Shown piece by piece: positions 16,062 through 25,163 of a stretch of 36,609 nucleotides of DNA. The translations under genes and the position numbers were made by a program. The DNA lies in IMG/VR virus record IMGVR_UViG_3300000117_000005, positions 1-36,609 of that record; one strand, given 5' to 3'. Each line of letters begins with the position of its first letter. Positions within the stretch are counted from its first letter, which is position 1. The DNA is from a virus. The notes beneath the pieces were generated by a model. It worked only from the letters and a program-made list of their open reading frames with translations, ran no database searches and had not been told where the DNA came from.

Positions 16062-17408
16062 TTATTGTAGTAGTCCTATTCCTGAACTTGCGCTGCGGGT
16101 TAGGGTGGCGGAGCCGGAGGGGGTTCCAGCTCCGTATTCGTAGGCTCCTCTGTCCCACGTGCCGTCTACTCCTCTGGTCTCGCCAAGCATATCCGTAGTG
16201 TACGGGGAACTTAATGTTGTCCCTGCCCAACTTGCTGGAAATGTTCCACTGAGGGTAAAGTCGCCGCCCGCATAGTCGGTAAAAACAGTTGAGGTTATCA
16301 GAACCTCATTAGAGCCACTGTTGGTTACGTCGTAAGCGTTGTAATTATCAGTCCAGTTGGTGCTACCGCTGATGTTGCTAGAGTACCAGATATTGTTTGA
16401 GACTAGGTTGTCAGAGCCACTGTCGATAAGAATGTTTCCAGAACCAGATTCATTGTCGTGGTCGATTATCGTGTTGTTGTAGAATCTGAGACCAGTGACA
16501 TCCCCTCCGGTGCTGTTGTGGTTGATTATGCCTGATACTGAGTTCTGCCCATAGTCGGTTGCCGCCCACTCCTCCCAAAACAAGTTCCCGTAAATTCTTA
16601 TATTGCTACAGGCTCCAGACATGAAGATTACTCCAGAACCGTTTATGTTCTTAAATGTATTGTACCTTATATCCCATTCAGTGGATGTGCTGAGTCCCAT
16701 GTATATCGCCTGCCCATGGGCCGTTGCAGTAGAGTGCGACTCTTTAAAGTAGTTGTACTCAAGCACATTGTTGTCGGAGTTTGTCCAGATAACGCAATCC
16801 CTCTTCCATGCGTGTATGTAGCAATACGCTAGCGTCTTGAAGTCCCCTCCAACGGATCGTATCCCAGATTGCGAGTCGCCAGTGGCAACGGAAGCCCCCT
16901 GTGTTGATGTAACCTCTATGTGCTTCAGCGATATGTAGTCTATCGGAGAAGACTGCATATTTATGCCGTGCTGCCCATCTGTTGTAGATGTCAACTCTAC
17001 CTTAAAGCCGTGCGCGGTTACACTGCCGTCCCCATCTCCAACGACTCCATCAATATCCCAGTAGCCCGTCAGTATATCCCATACCGTAACTGTGCTAGTA
17101 AATGTCGCCACGCCATCCCCGTAGGTGGAATTCCATCCGGTTTCCGTCCCGTGCGCTGATTCGGTTGCCTTTTTTATGTATATGTAAGTAGTCCCATCCT
17201 CTGCGTCGTTGAAATCGTAGTTGGTGTAAGTCCCATCCGCTATGTAGTAGGTATCGCCACGGGTTAGCGTGGATGGAAGATCGTCCCACGCATCCGTCCA
17301 GCTAGTTCCATCCAGAGCGCCAGTGGCTCCGTCCCTTATGTAGTGATCTGCCGACCACAGTGGGCTAATTACAAGACAGGTCAGACTAATGAAGAACAGC
17401 TTGTGCAT
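16062..17408 (-). CDS. Secreted right-handed beta-helix protein (second copy)
   Basis: MHKLFFISLTCLVISPLWSADHY signal-like N-terminus. Contains DGTSWTDAW, NNTIIDHDN and NLVSNNIWY repeats and WDRGAYEY. Shares its 15-aa C-terminal tail with the 13948 gene. Confidence 0.65.
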   Translation of the reverse strand: MHKLFFISLTCLVISPLWSADHYIRDGATGALDGTSWTDAWDDLPSTLTRGDTYYIADGTYTNYDFNDAEDGTTYIYIKKATESAHGTETGWNSTYGDGVATFTSTVTVWDILTGYWDIDGVVGDGDGSVTAHGFKVELTSTTDGQHGINMQSSPIDYISLKHIEVTSTQGASVATGDSQSGIRSVGGDFKTLAYCYIHAWKRDCVIWTNSDNNVLEYNYFKESHSTATAHGQAIYMGLSTSTEWDIRYNTFKNINGSGVIFMSGACSNIRIYGNLFWEEWAATDYGQNSVSGIINHNSTGGDVTGLRFYNNTIIDHDNESGSGNILIDSGSDNLVSNNIWYSSNISGSTNWTDNYNAYDVTNSGSNEVLITSTVFTDYAGGDFTLSGTFPASWAGTTLSSPYTTDMLGETRGVDGTWDRGAYEYGAGTPSGSATLTRSASSGIGLLQ

Positions 17409-18543
17409 ACTTTTTTCTAAACGATTGTAAAGTGCTGGCGTTGGTCCACTGAATAGTCACAGCAAGGGCGAGAGACCCAGTTGAGTCCTCCGTGGCCGAA
17501 TTTGCTATCGCTGCGAATATGCGCCCCTCGTCGGTGTTTGCGTCCCCTAGACCAGTGGTTGCAGATGGAGACGGAACCATAACTTCCCCACTCATCCACT
17601 GCGATGAGGTTGAACCCAAAGCGCTGACCCGCACCTTCATTGAAAATGGGTATCTTGTTGCGCTGTTGCTAACGGCTGATGACGTGTCCTCGTATAGCGT
17701 TGTAGCTCCTAGCTTCACCCTGAGAACAAAAGACTGCGATCCGTTGTTTTGAAGAATGTCGCCATAGATGGAAAGCTCTACTGTTTTATCAGTAGACAGA
17801 TCACCAGCCCCTATGGTGTAGCTGTAGAGAGTCGTTTCCGACGTAGTGTTCGTTATGTCGGTTTCGGATGTCGAACGCTCCTCAATTACTGGACCGCTTC
17901 CACCGCCACCTACACCAAGCTGGACATCCGTACCAGCATCGTTAGTAAACCAAAGCTCGTTTGGCGTAGCTGTTTTCACCCAAATCTGCCCGTAACCGTC
18001 AACGTCAGGCGCATTCGCTTCAGCTTGCTCTAGTAGTGAGAGCGTCCCGGTAAATGTAGGAGAATCTGAAACACTTACCACTGTGTTGGCGTTCGTGGTG
18101 TCCACGCCTGTAGCGACCAGCACCTGTCCAACGTCAACAGTAGTAGATGTATTAAGCCCTGCGCCAAGGTCGTCTCCCGATGCGGGGAACACCTGTAGAA
18201 TATTAGCCCCGTTATTGTACACCGTCTGCTTGGAGCCTTTGGTGAATCCCGCTAGAACTACAGCGTCATTAGCGTTAGCCACCGTTGTGATGTCGTTGAT
18301 CTGTGCAGTGAGTGCCAGCCCACCACCCTGTGTTTGCGTGGTACCAGCCGTAAGCTCTGTATCGAGGTCCGAAACCAAGGAGCCTGTCATTGCCACTGAA
18401 CCATCCTGAACGATAAAGTCCTGATCTGTAGTAGCTGTGTTAATCTTCGCAGCGGTATCCCACTCTGAATCAAGGGTAACGCTTTGGCTGTATACGGATG
18501 CCGCAACAGCAAGAGATGATAGTAATGCTATTAGTTTTTTCAT
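17386..18543 (-). CDS. Secreted fibre-like protein
   Basis: The internal ATG at 18543 gives MKKLIALLSSLAVAASVYSQS, 4 nt after the upstream stop. Motif DGYGQIWVKTATPNELWFTNDAGTDVQL resembles phage fibre motifs. Confidence 0.55.
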   Translation of the reverse strand: MKKLIALLSSLAVAASVYSQSVTLDSEWDTAAKINTATTDQDFIVQDGSVAMTGSLVSDLDTELTAGTTQTQGGGLALTAQINDITTVANANDAVVLAGFTKGSKQTVYNNGANILQVFPASGDDLGAGLNTSTTVDVGQVLVATGVDTTNANTVVSVSDSPTFTGTLSLLEQAEANAPDVDGYGQIWVKTATPNELWFTNDAGTDVQLGVGGGGSGPVIEERSTSETDITNTTSETTLYSYTIGAGDLSTDKTVELSIYGDILQNNGSQSFVLRVKLGATTLYEDTSSAVSNSATRYPFSMKVRVSALGSTSSQWMSGEVMVPSPSATTGLGDANTDEGRIFAAIANSATEDSTGSLALAVTIQWTNASTLQSFRKKYAQAVLH

Positions 18544-18547
18544 GTTA

Positions 18548-18859
18548 TTAAGGTGTGTATGCTGCTGCGTAAGTCGTGAGATCCGCAATGGACATCGTTT
18601 CATTGGTTAAAGCTGTGTCTAGGGCTGCTCCGTCTGCTAGGTTAAAGGCTGCTGCGTCGAAGAAGATATAGTCCACAAAGGCATTGAACTCGGTATCGTT
18701 GTCGTTGTGCCCGTTCGCATTTGCTGCGGTAATCAACTCAGCATTAAAATTGGCCCAAGTGAGATTCCCGCCAGCAGCAGTAGACCCCAGTAGAATCCTG
18801 TACCCTGCACGAGTAAGCATCAGCCCCTCGTTGATCATCTGGAGGCCGAGCGTCCTCAT
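18548..18859 (-). CDS. Hypothetical structural-module protein (103 aa)
   Basis: ATG start, TAATG-coupled to the upstream gene, in the late operon. Confidence 0.55.
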   Translation of the reverse strand: MRTLGLQMINEGLMLTRAGYRILLGSTAAGGNLTWANFNAELITAANANGHNDNDTEFNAFVDYIFFDAAAFNLADGAALDTALTNETMSIADLTTYAAAYTP

Positions 18860-19167
18860 TAGTCTACAAACTCAGTTGACTGGATTACCGCGGCGGAGCT
18901 TACCTGAATGAACTTGGCAGCAGCAGCAGCATTCTTGCTTAGAACAATCAGTCCCTGCTCTTTTACTAGCAAATGCCCATTGCTGGCTGATGGGGTACTA
19001 CCGTCAAACGTGACCCATACGTTGTTGTCCTGAATGTCTATAACAACGTAGTCAGTGTCCGTGTGGAAAGCCGCAAAGGAGACTGCTGATCCAGCTACTG
19101 CCAGATTCTCTGGAGTGCCGTTTGGATTCGGGTTCCCGATGTATAAATTTGAGGTTCTTGAGTTCAT
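18859..19167 (-). CDS. Hypothetical structural-module protein (102 aa)
   Basis: ATG start with TAATG coupling on both sides. Confidence 0.55.
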   Translation of the reverse strand: MNSRTSNLYIGNPNPNGTPENLAVAGSAVSFAAFHTDTDYVVIDIQDNNVWVTFDGSTPSASNGHLLVKEQGLIVLSKNAAAAAKFIQVSSAAVIQSTEFVD

Positions 19168-19796
19168 TATCTAGATTGGTTGGAGACGTATGTATTAAAT
19201 CGTTTTTTGACCGTGTTGTTGTTCATTACTTGGTCAGTCTTTTCTAGCTCATTAGCTAGGTACTTGTTAGCTACTTGCTCTTCTGCCAATGCTTTGTCGT
19301 GCTGACCATCCATTCTTAAGAAGTCAGCATAAACACTGTGAGCAACGTAGTAAAAAAATTCTAAAGGAATCTCCTGTGTGCTTTTATCACCATCAAGATC
19401 CCAGGTGCTAGGAATGTCAGTTAGCTCTTTCTTGTACGTAACAAACGCAGAATCAGCATCTGAGGTTGTTAGGTTAAGGATGTGAGCACCATCTGACTGT
19501 ACAAAAAATTCAAACTCTAGTGCAGAGTTTCTGACAAATGGTTGAGTTCTGTGAATGCGTATAAACTCAGCAATGTCGTTCTTGTCTGTTTCAGTAAAAG
19601 CAACCACAGAACTAGCTACTGTTCTACTTTCACCAACAACCAAGTATCTAGGCCACATTGGAGTAGCCTGATACGCTTCGTACATTCTGCGTTTAGCAAA
19701 ATTAAGAAGCTGAGTCTTTTCGTTGGTAGTAAACGAAGATACACCAGCTAACGCCGATATTAAATCGTATAAGTCTCTGTTGTACTTTACTTGCAT
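19167..19796 (-). CDS. Putative head-tail adaptor / tail tubular protein A-like protein (209 aa)
   Basis: Size and position (two genes after the capsid) resemble T7 gp11. Sequence resemblance is only loose. Confidence 0.35.
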   Translation of the reverse strand: MQVKYNRDLYDLISALAGVSSFTTNEKTQLLNFAKRRMYEAYQATPMWPRYLVVGESRTVASSVVAFTETDKNDIAEFIRIHRTQPFVRNSALEFEFFVQSDGAHILNLTTSDADSAFVTYKKELTDIPSTWDLDGDKSTQEIPLEFFYYVAHSVYADFLRMDGQHDKALAEEQVANKYLANELEKTDQVMNNNTVKKRFNTYVSNQSR

Positions 19797-20101
19797 TAAG
19801 CTTTATTAGGACTCAACTCAGGGAACTTTTTGTTAAAATATCGTAAGAACTCTCTACTGTTTACAGTATCGTGTCCGTACTTGTTTACTAATCTAAAATA
19901 ATCACGAGCAGGCATATTAGCTACGCACTTACCTAGAATAGGATGGGTCTTACCGACATTAGTCTTTGCTTCTTTAGCAGCTTGATTAATTCTATCTTGC
20001 TCCTTTGCTTTCTCCATCTTGAATCCAGTTTGGATTTCTTTCAAGAATGCAGCGTTCACTTCCCCATCCGAATATCTTGGTAGCTTAGTAATTATTTCCA
20101 T
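19796..20101 (-). CDS. Hypothetical protein (101 aa), first gene after the capsid terminator
   Basis: ATG start, TAATG-coupled to the downstream gene. Confidence 0.5.
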   Translation of the reverse strand: MEIITKLPRYSDGEVNAAFLKEIQTGFKMEKAKEQDRINQAAKEAKTNVGKTHPILGKCVANMPARDYFRLVNKYGHDTVNSREFLRYFNKKFPELSPNKA

Positions 20102-20106
20102 ATTTT

Positions 20107-20140
20107 AAAAAGGGGAGGCCAGGTTTGGCCCAACCTCCCC
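20107..20140 (-). terminator. Strong rho-independent terminator immediately after the major capsid gene
   Basis: Minus-sense GGGGAGG...CCTCCCC (plus 20134-20140 pairs with 20112-20118), extendable with G-U pairs, followed by TTTTT (plus A-run 20107-20111). Confidence 0.8.
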
Positions 20141-20164
20141 ACACATTACACAATAAAGCAAAGT

Positions 20165-21163
20165 TTACGCAACTTCTTCGATCTTGCCGTGAGCCTGTGG
20201 GTGGTAAACACCGAGGGTCAAAGCGCAATCAACGTAGCCACGCTCACCACCACCCTGATTCGGGAGGCGAGTCGATCCCATCGGGATAAGCTCGTGGATG
20301 CCGTAGTACTCAGGATTGAGCAAGTAAGCGTAGTCCTTGTTGGTCGTGTCAGGCATACAGTCAGGATTGCCATTAACAATCGAGATCATGCCGTGATCGG
20401 ACTGATAGAACTCAACACTAAGCTTGATCTGAGCTGAGTCACCGTTGTAATTAACGGTACGAACGCTGTCTGCATCAGTTCCGCTTACGCCAGCAGTGCG
20501 AGCGAAGTCAGAGATAATGCGACGAACAGCCGTGTCAGCAACCATCGTTAGGTTGTTGCTTGTTCCAGTTTCGCGGAAGATTGAGGTAATCAGGTTGTTT
20601 AGAACCGTTTCCGTAAAAGCACCTTCAGCGGCAGAATGAATGCTGTCAGCAGGAGTACGGAATCCAGCAGGAACATCAGAAGGTCCAGCGGAATCAATCC
20701 AGTCACCAAGACCACGCAAAGCGTAAGCAGTGCTAGATCCGTCTTCAGCAGCGCGATCTTGCGTACCACAAAGGGTAGCTTCGATGTCACGCTTTAGCTC
20801 ACGGATAGACTTAGCTTCAGCTTGAGCGACTTTAGCAGGCCCAACGCTGTCAACAGCTTCCTGAAGATCAGAAACTTGGTAGTCGCGGCGGAACTTTTGG
20901 ATGTAGTTTCCAAGACGAGCGCGGCCTGCAAACTGATCGGTGAACGTAGTAACGTCAGCACCTTCGCGGATGCCAGCAGTTGAAGGGGCAGACAATGCGT
21001 CTACAGTCCACTCAACGAATGTTGCGGATGCTTTCTGCTTGGAAGCAGAGGAAAGGACTGGAGTTTCTTCAGGAGCGAGGATGGTCAAGACGTCAGTCAA
21101 GTCTTCGCGATTGGAAACACCAGAACCAGGATTAGTTGTATCGTATGTATTTGAGAATGCCAT
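20165..21163 (-). CDS. Major capsid protein (HK97 fold, DUF5309/SU10-type)
   Basis: N-terminus NREDLTDVLTILAPEETPVLSS...ATFVEWTVDAL and SIRELKRDIEATL match the conserved pattern of this capsid family. It follows the scaffold gene, and a terminator lies downstream. Confidence 0.85.
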   Translation of the reverse strand: MAFSNTYDTTNPGSGVSNREDLTDVLTILAPEETPVLSSASKQKASATFVEWTVDALSAPSTAGIREGADVTTFTDQFAGRARLGNYIQKFRRDYQVSDLQEAVDSVGPAKVAQAEAKSIRELKRDIEATLCGTQDRAAEDGSSTAYALRGLGDWIDSAGPSDVPAGFRTPADSIHSAAEGAFTETVLNNLITSIFRETGTSNNLTMVADTAVRRIISDFARTAGVSGTDADSVRTVNYNGDSAQIKLSVEFYQSDHGMISIVNGNPDCMPDTTNKDYAYLLNPEYYGIHELIPMGSTRLPNQGGGERGYVDCALTLGVYHPQAHGKIEEVA

Positions 21164-21164
21164 T

Positions 21165-22235
21165 TTATTTTCTAGCTAATTGTTTGGTTCGTAATGAAAT
21201 GAAGTCATCTTTATTGCCACTTTGTTTAAAGCGTGAAGATAAATCCTGTAGTACTTTAGACGATTTTCGTTGACCCTGTTCTGGCATAGCAGAGGAGGGA
21301 ACGGAGCTTTTCGGGGGATTAATCTTGGGCTTACCTGCTTTCTTAGTAGGAGTACTGGGTACAGTCTTACGAGCGTACATACTGTCTACTGCGTGAGCAA
21401 GCATATATGGAAGTTCTGCTCCTAGCACTGGGTATTGTTTGTATACCTTCTGCAAGTCTTTGTTTGCAGCAATGCCAAGGAATGCCTTCCTGGTCTCATT
21501 ATCCTCTTCCTTCAACCATTGGAATTCCTGAAGAGCTTTAGTGCCAAGTTCCTTTTTCAAGGATTCAGCAGTTTCGTTCCTCTGAACTTTCTTTAGTTGA
21601 TCGGGAAGATAAAGATCCCTAGATTTACGAGCGTTCTTCAAAGCAGATCTTACCTCTGCTTTAGTCATCTTCTTACCATCTAGCTCAGTAACATCGTCAT
21701 GAGCGGAGTAATCGTCTGATTCAAATAAAACATCTTCAGCCCATTCGATAATATCACTTATCTCCTTAGCCTTTTCTTGTAATGACTTAATATCCTTAAC
21801 GTCATCAAACGGATTGTCTTGGACTTCTTCCGTTTCGCGTTTTAAAGGATCTTGTTGTAGTGATTGCTTTACTTTCTCAAGCTCTTCCTCTGCTGCTTTG
21901 CGTTTAGCCGTAAGTTCGCCAAAGCGAGCTACAGCTCTACTACCAAGCTTTTCAGCAAGATCTTTAAGCTCATCCTCAGATAAATCATCTAAGTTGTACT
22001 GTGAAAGAACATCTTCAGTCTCTTCTTCAGAAGATTCGTTTTCAGTTTCCTGAATAACTTCTTCTTCGGATTCAACCGCTTCTTCTAGGATTTCTTCCTC
22101 TTGAACTTCCTGAGTATCCTCAGCAGGTTCTCCCTGAGTCTGTCCTAAGCGTTGGATGGCAAAATCCTCCGCTGTTATATTTCCGACTGAATTTTGTTCG
22201 GTTTCAGCGTCAACCGTGATAACTTCGTTAGACAT
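21165..22235 (-). CDS. Scaffolding protein
   Basis: Highly acidic and helical (EEE/DD runs). Lies between portal and capsid. The track start at 22247 is GTG abutting the AAGGAG; ATG at 22235 lies 11 nt after AAGGAG (22253-22248). Confidence 0.65.
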   Translation of the reverse strand: MSNEVITVDAETEQNSVGNITAEDFAIQRLGQTQGEPAEDTQEVQEEEILEEAVESEEEVIQETENESSEEETEDVLSQYNLDDLSEDELKDLAEKLGSRAVARFGELTAKRKAAEEELEKVKQSLQQDPLKRETEEVQDNPFDDVKDIKSLQEKAKEISDIIEWAEDVLFESDDYSAHDDVTELDGKKMTKAEVRSALKNARKSRDLYLPDQLKKVQRNETAESLKKELGTKALQEFQWLKEEDNETRKAFLGIAANKDLQKVYKQYPVLGAELPYMLAHAVDSMYARKTVPSTPTKKAGKPKINPPKSSVPSSAMPEQGQRKSSKVLQDLSSRFKQSGNKDDFISLRTKQLARK

Positions 22236-22276
22236 GATTGTTTCCACTCCTTAACGCCGAGCGATGGCGAAGCCTG

Positions 22277-22285
22277 ATTATAGCA
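22277..22285 (-). promoter_or_regulatory. Candidate extended -10 element (TGcTATAAT) upstream of scaffold and capsid
   Basis: The reverse complement of 22277-22285 is TGCTATAAT. I found no convincing -35, and the host sigma specificity is unknown. Confidence 0.3.
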
Positions 22286-22298
22286 CATCTTTTTTATG

Positions 22299-22517
22299 CT
22301 ACAGGACAGATGAAAATTTCTTTTGTAGACCCTGCCAGTCAACCATTTGCAGAATCTGATCGTAAGTAATTATCCGTCCCGAAAGTTGTTGAAGCTTGTC
22401 TGTGTCAGCTTCGTGCATATCAGCTATACACTCTTCTCGAAGAGCGTTAATAAGCTGAATGAATCTTGCAAAATGTTCGTGGTGGGATAGGGTCTTTAGG
22501 TCTTCTTCTATGTTCAT
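22299..22517 (-). CDS. Hypothetical protein (72 aa)
   Basis: ATG start, ATGA-coupled to the portal stop. Confidence 0.55.
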   Translation of the reverse strand: MNIEEDLKTLSHHEHFARFIQLINALREECIADMHEADTDKLQQLSGRIITYDQILQMVDWQGLQKKFSSVL

Positions 22518-24607
22518 TGCTGTTGCATATTCTGAGTCTGTACCCCTCCCATTTGTGCTGGTTGTGTCCCAATCCTACCTATTTGCGCGTTCTGTGATTG
22601 CTGTATAGCGAACTGATATTGTCCAGCGTATTTCTGAAGACGAGCAGCAAAAGCCTCATCTTCTTGTAAACGCTTTTGGACATCAGGCTGCTGGCTGTAC
22701 TGCTGAACAACTTGTAAAGCCGCTTGAGCACCGCTTGGACGCGCTGGAACTTCGATACCTGCATAAATTTTAGATAAGTCATCTGTAATATCCTTAAGTA
22801 GTTTTTCCTGTGCAACCTCAACGGGTTCAAGAATCCCGTCAGCCAGTACTGGATCAACTGAACCTGCTATCAATGTTAGCAAGTTGTCTACATTTATCCT
22901 TCCGTTGCGATCTAACTGTAGAAGGGAAACCATTTGATTTAGTTTGTTTTCCTGTTTCTCTGGGTCTGTGTTCAGAACATCGTAACTAATTGTAACATCG
23001 AAGTTCTCATCAGCGTTCCCCTTGTTAAACGTCTGCGGATCAGGTACACCAGTAACCCTAAAAAATATCTGGTCAGGGCCGAATCTCTGGAAGCAACGGT
23101 AGCACTGCGATATAACCTCAGCGGAATGGCTAAGGAACTTATCTACTAAAAACTGCTTCCTAATCTGTGAGATTGGAGATACTTCATCTAAGCCAACAAG
23201 TCTATCTGCTTGCTGCTCCATTGTGTTCTCCATCTCAAGTGAACCCTGGTTGTACGGAGGCGTAGGCCCAAAGTCTATGTCGCCTTTACGACGATAAGGA
23301 ACGTACCTTCCTGGACCCCAGTCCGTAGGAGCCTGTCCTACTGGGTGTAAAATTGGAGGGACGGTGGCAAGGCTATTCCTGTCGATACGGCTATCACGTT
23401 CTATCTTGACTTGTTGCTGTATTCCTTTGAGTAGACTTGGGACAGTCATCGTGTCGTACAGTCGCTTGCTGTCTTCAGATAGCTTAGTAACTACTACTGG
23501 GTAATCTTCGTAGCCATTAAGCAACTCGAACTTTGCGAACCCAGGAATGTCACCATCACCACTGAACTCCTTGTGGAATACTGTGCAGTATATCCCTTCA
23601 GAGCCGTCCTCCTTATCAACTAAACGTTGAAATCCATAAACTATTTCTATTAGCTCTTCAGCTTCGTAAGCATTATCGGTAAGGCTTAATGATCGCCGAC
23701 CTTCCTGCTCACGCTCGATAGAATCTATATTAACCCCACGGTAACGATCAATAACGTGTTCTACAAAATCTTCGTCCCATCCATCAGTAGCTACTTTGTT
23801 TTCTAGTTCCTGTGCTGTGTAGTACGTTTTCCAGAAGCAGTAAGGTGCTCGCTGTGGATCGGTAACATACGGAGGGAAGATAAAGTCCCCATCTGGGGCC
23901 AACGTCTTTACCTCTGGTGCATTTACCTGACGGCGTACAATCGGCAACTCAGCAGACCCAACATCCGCTAGTTCAGCCAGTGCGTTCTTAGCTCGCTTTA
24001 CTGTAACGCCATCAAACGTACGTTGCAGCATAGATACCATCTGATCTTCGTTCTGCCCAGAAAGAATCATCTCAGCTAACTCAGGGCTTACTTGGGCTAT
24101 CTGGTTAAGGTCTAGCCTCTGAAGGAACTTCCTGTCCTCTGAGTGCCATCCTACGTAGCTGATAAGCAATCCACGCTCTAGCAAGTAATTAGCCCCTAGT
24201 TCCATCTCTCGATTAAAACGAGAAATGTACCCAGAGGAAATCATCCACTTAAGAAAGTTAGAGACTACTTTAGCTCTACCTACATCCTGAACCTCTACTG
24301 GGAAAGCCCTAATATTAGCCCTAGACAAAGAAGCCATAAACAGGGATACAAGCCTAGTAATTCGCTCGTCAATAACATGACTCTCCATGTCAGATGCACC
24401 CTCCCAGGGGAAAGCATCAGCACCGTGCTTACGAAGGTCTCTGCTCTTTCCAGGCCACCAATTACGACGCTCGTCATAACTCTCTCTGCACAAATCAAAG
24501 TACGCCTCAAGCTCAACCACCGATTGGTCGTAGGCGTACCGAAGGGACTTGATGTCTGGCTCAGCACTAACGTAGGTTAGTGACTCTGAAACTGAATCAC
24601 TCTGCAT
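22514..24607 (-). CDS. Portal protein
   Basis: 697 aa, located between TerL and the scaffold. Acidic/Gln-rich C-terminus. The call rests on size and synteny. Confidence 0.75.
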   Translation of the reverse strand: MQSDSVSESLTYVSAEPDIKSLRYAYDQSVVELEAYFDLCRESYDERRNWWPGKSRDLRKHGADAFPWEGASDMESHVIDERITRLVSLFMASLSRANIRAFPVEVQDVGRAKVVSNFLKWMISSGYISRFNREMELGANYLLERGLLISYVGWHSEDRKFLQRLDLNQIAQVSPELAEMILSGQNEDQMVSMLQRTFDGVTVKRAKNALAELADVGSAELPIVRRQVNAPEVKTLAPDGDFIFPPYVTDPQRAPYCFWKTYYTAQELENKVATDGWDEDFVEHVIDRYRGVNIDSIEREQEGRRSLSLTDNAYEAEELIEIVYGFQRLVDKEDGSEGIYCTVFHKEFSGDGDIPGFAKFELLNGYEDYPVVVTKLSEDSKRLYDTMTVPSLLKGIQQQVKIERDSRIDRNSLATVPPILHPVGQAPTDWGPGRYVPYRRKGDIDFGPTPPYNQGSLEMENTMEQQADRLVGLDEVSPISQIRKQFLVDKFLSHSAEVISQCYRCFQRFGPDQIFFRVTGVPDPQTFNKGNADENFDVTISYDVLNTDPEKQENKLNQMVSLLQLDRNGRINVDNLLTLIAGSVDPVLADGILEPVEVAQEKLLKDITDDLSKIYAGIEVPARPSGAQAALQVVQQYSQQPDVQKRLQEDEAFAARLQKYAGQYQFAIQQSQNAQIGRIGTQPAQMGGVQTQNMQQQ

Positions 24608-24824
24608 AAAATCTGCCTTTAATATCTTCTAGAAGGTGGTTTACGTACCACTTATGAACACCTATTCTATCACACAATTCTGATGGGGGTATATCTTGCT
24701 GATCTTCGCCCTTAACAGTCCTAACAAATATTTCCCAAGCAAGCAGTCTATCGACCTGCTCATCTATAAATGCCTTATCTACAACTAGGTTATGCAACGT
24801 ATCTGTAACTTCGTCCTCTAACAT
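24597..24824 (-). CDS. Hypothetical protein (75 aa)
   Basis: ATG start; overlaps the portal start by 11 nt. Confidence 0.5.
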   Translation of the reverse strand: MLEDEVTDTLHNLVVDKAFIDEQVDRLLAWEIFVRTVKGEDQQDIPPSELCDRIGVHKWYVNHLLEDIKGRFYAE

Positions 24825-25161
24825 CTTCTATCATTTCAATGGTTATTGTCTTTCCCTTCATCTTGCCCTTGTATCTCCTAGGGATAACCACAGGTACTTT
24901 CATCTTGATCTCATCTATGTAAGCGAACACATAGCTTGGATTAGGAGCATCTGCCAGTACCTTTCCTTTGAAATGCTTGGGAACAATCTCTTCAATGTAC
25001 ATACAGTCAACTAAAATCTTCTGACCTTCTTCGTTTACCCAAGTGTTTCTACCTTTGCCTGTAAGCATTTCAGCCGACAGCTTTCGTTTAGCTAGATTAA
25101 GAAACGAATCAAAGCTTGATTCGAACCTATCTGCAATTTTGGTTAGTTTTACTTTAGCCAT
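24790..25161 (-). CDS. Hypothetical protein (123 aa)
   Basis: ATG start 2 nt after the TerL stop; overlaps the next ORF by 35 nt. Confidence 0.5.
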   Translation of the reverse strand: MAKVKLTKIADRFESSFDSFLNLAKRKLSAEMLTGKGRNTWVNEEGQKILVDCMYIEEIVPKHFKGKVLADAPNPSYVFAYIDEIKMKVPVVIPRRYKGKMKGKTITIEMIEDVRGRSYRYVA

Positions 25162-25163
25162 AT

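Noticed and set aside
8081-18543. Diversity-generating retroelement targeting fibre, LamG or beta-helix genes
   Set aside because: No reverse transcriptase ORF is present, and I found no template/variable repeat pair with adenine-specific differences. The only shared segment between the beta-helix genes differs synonymously at all base types.
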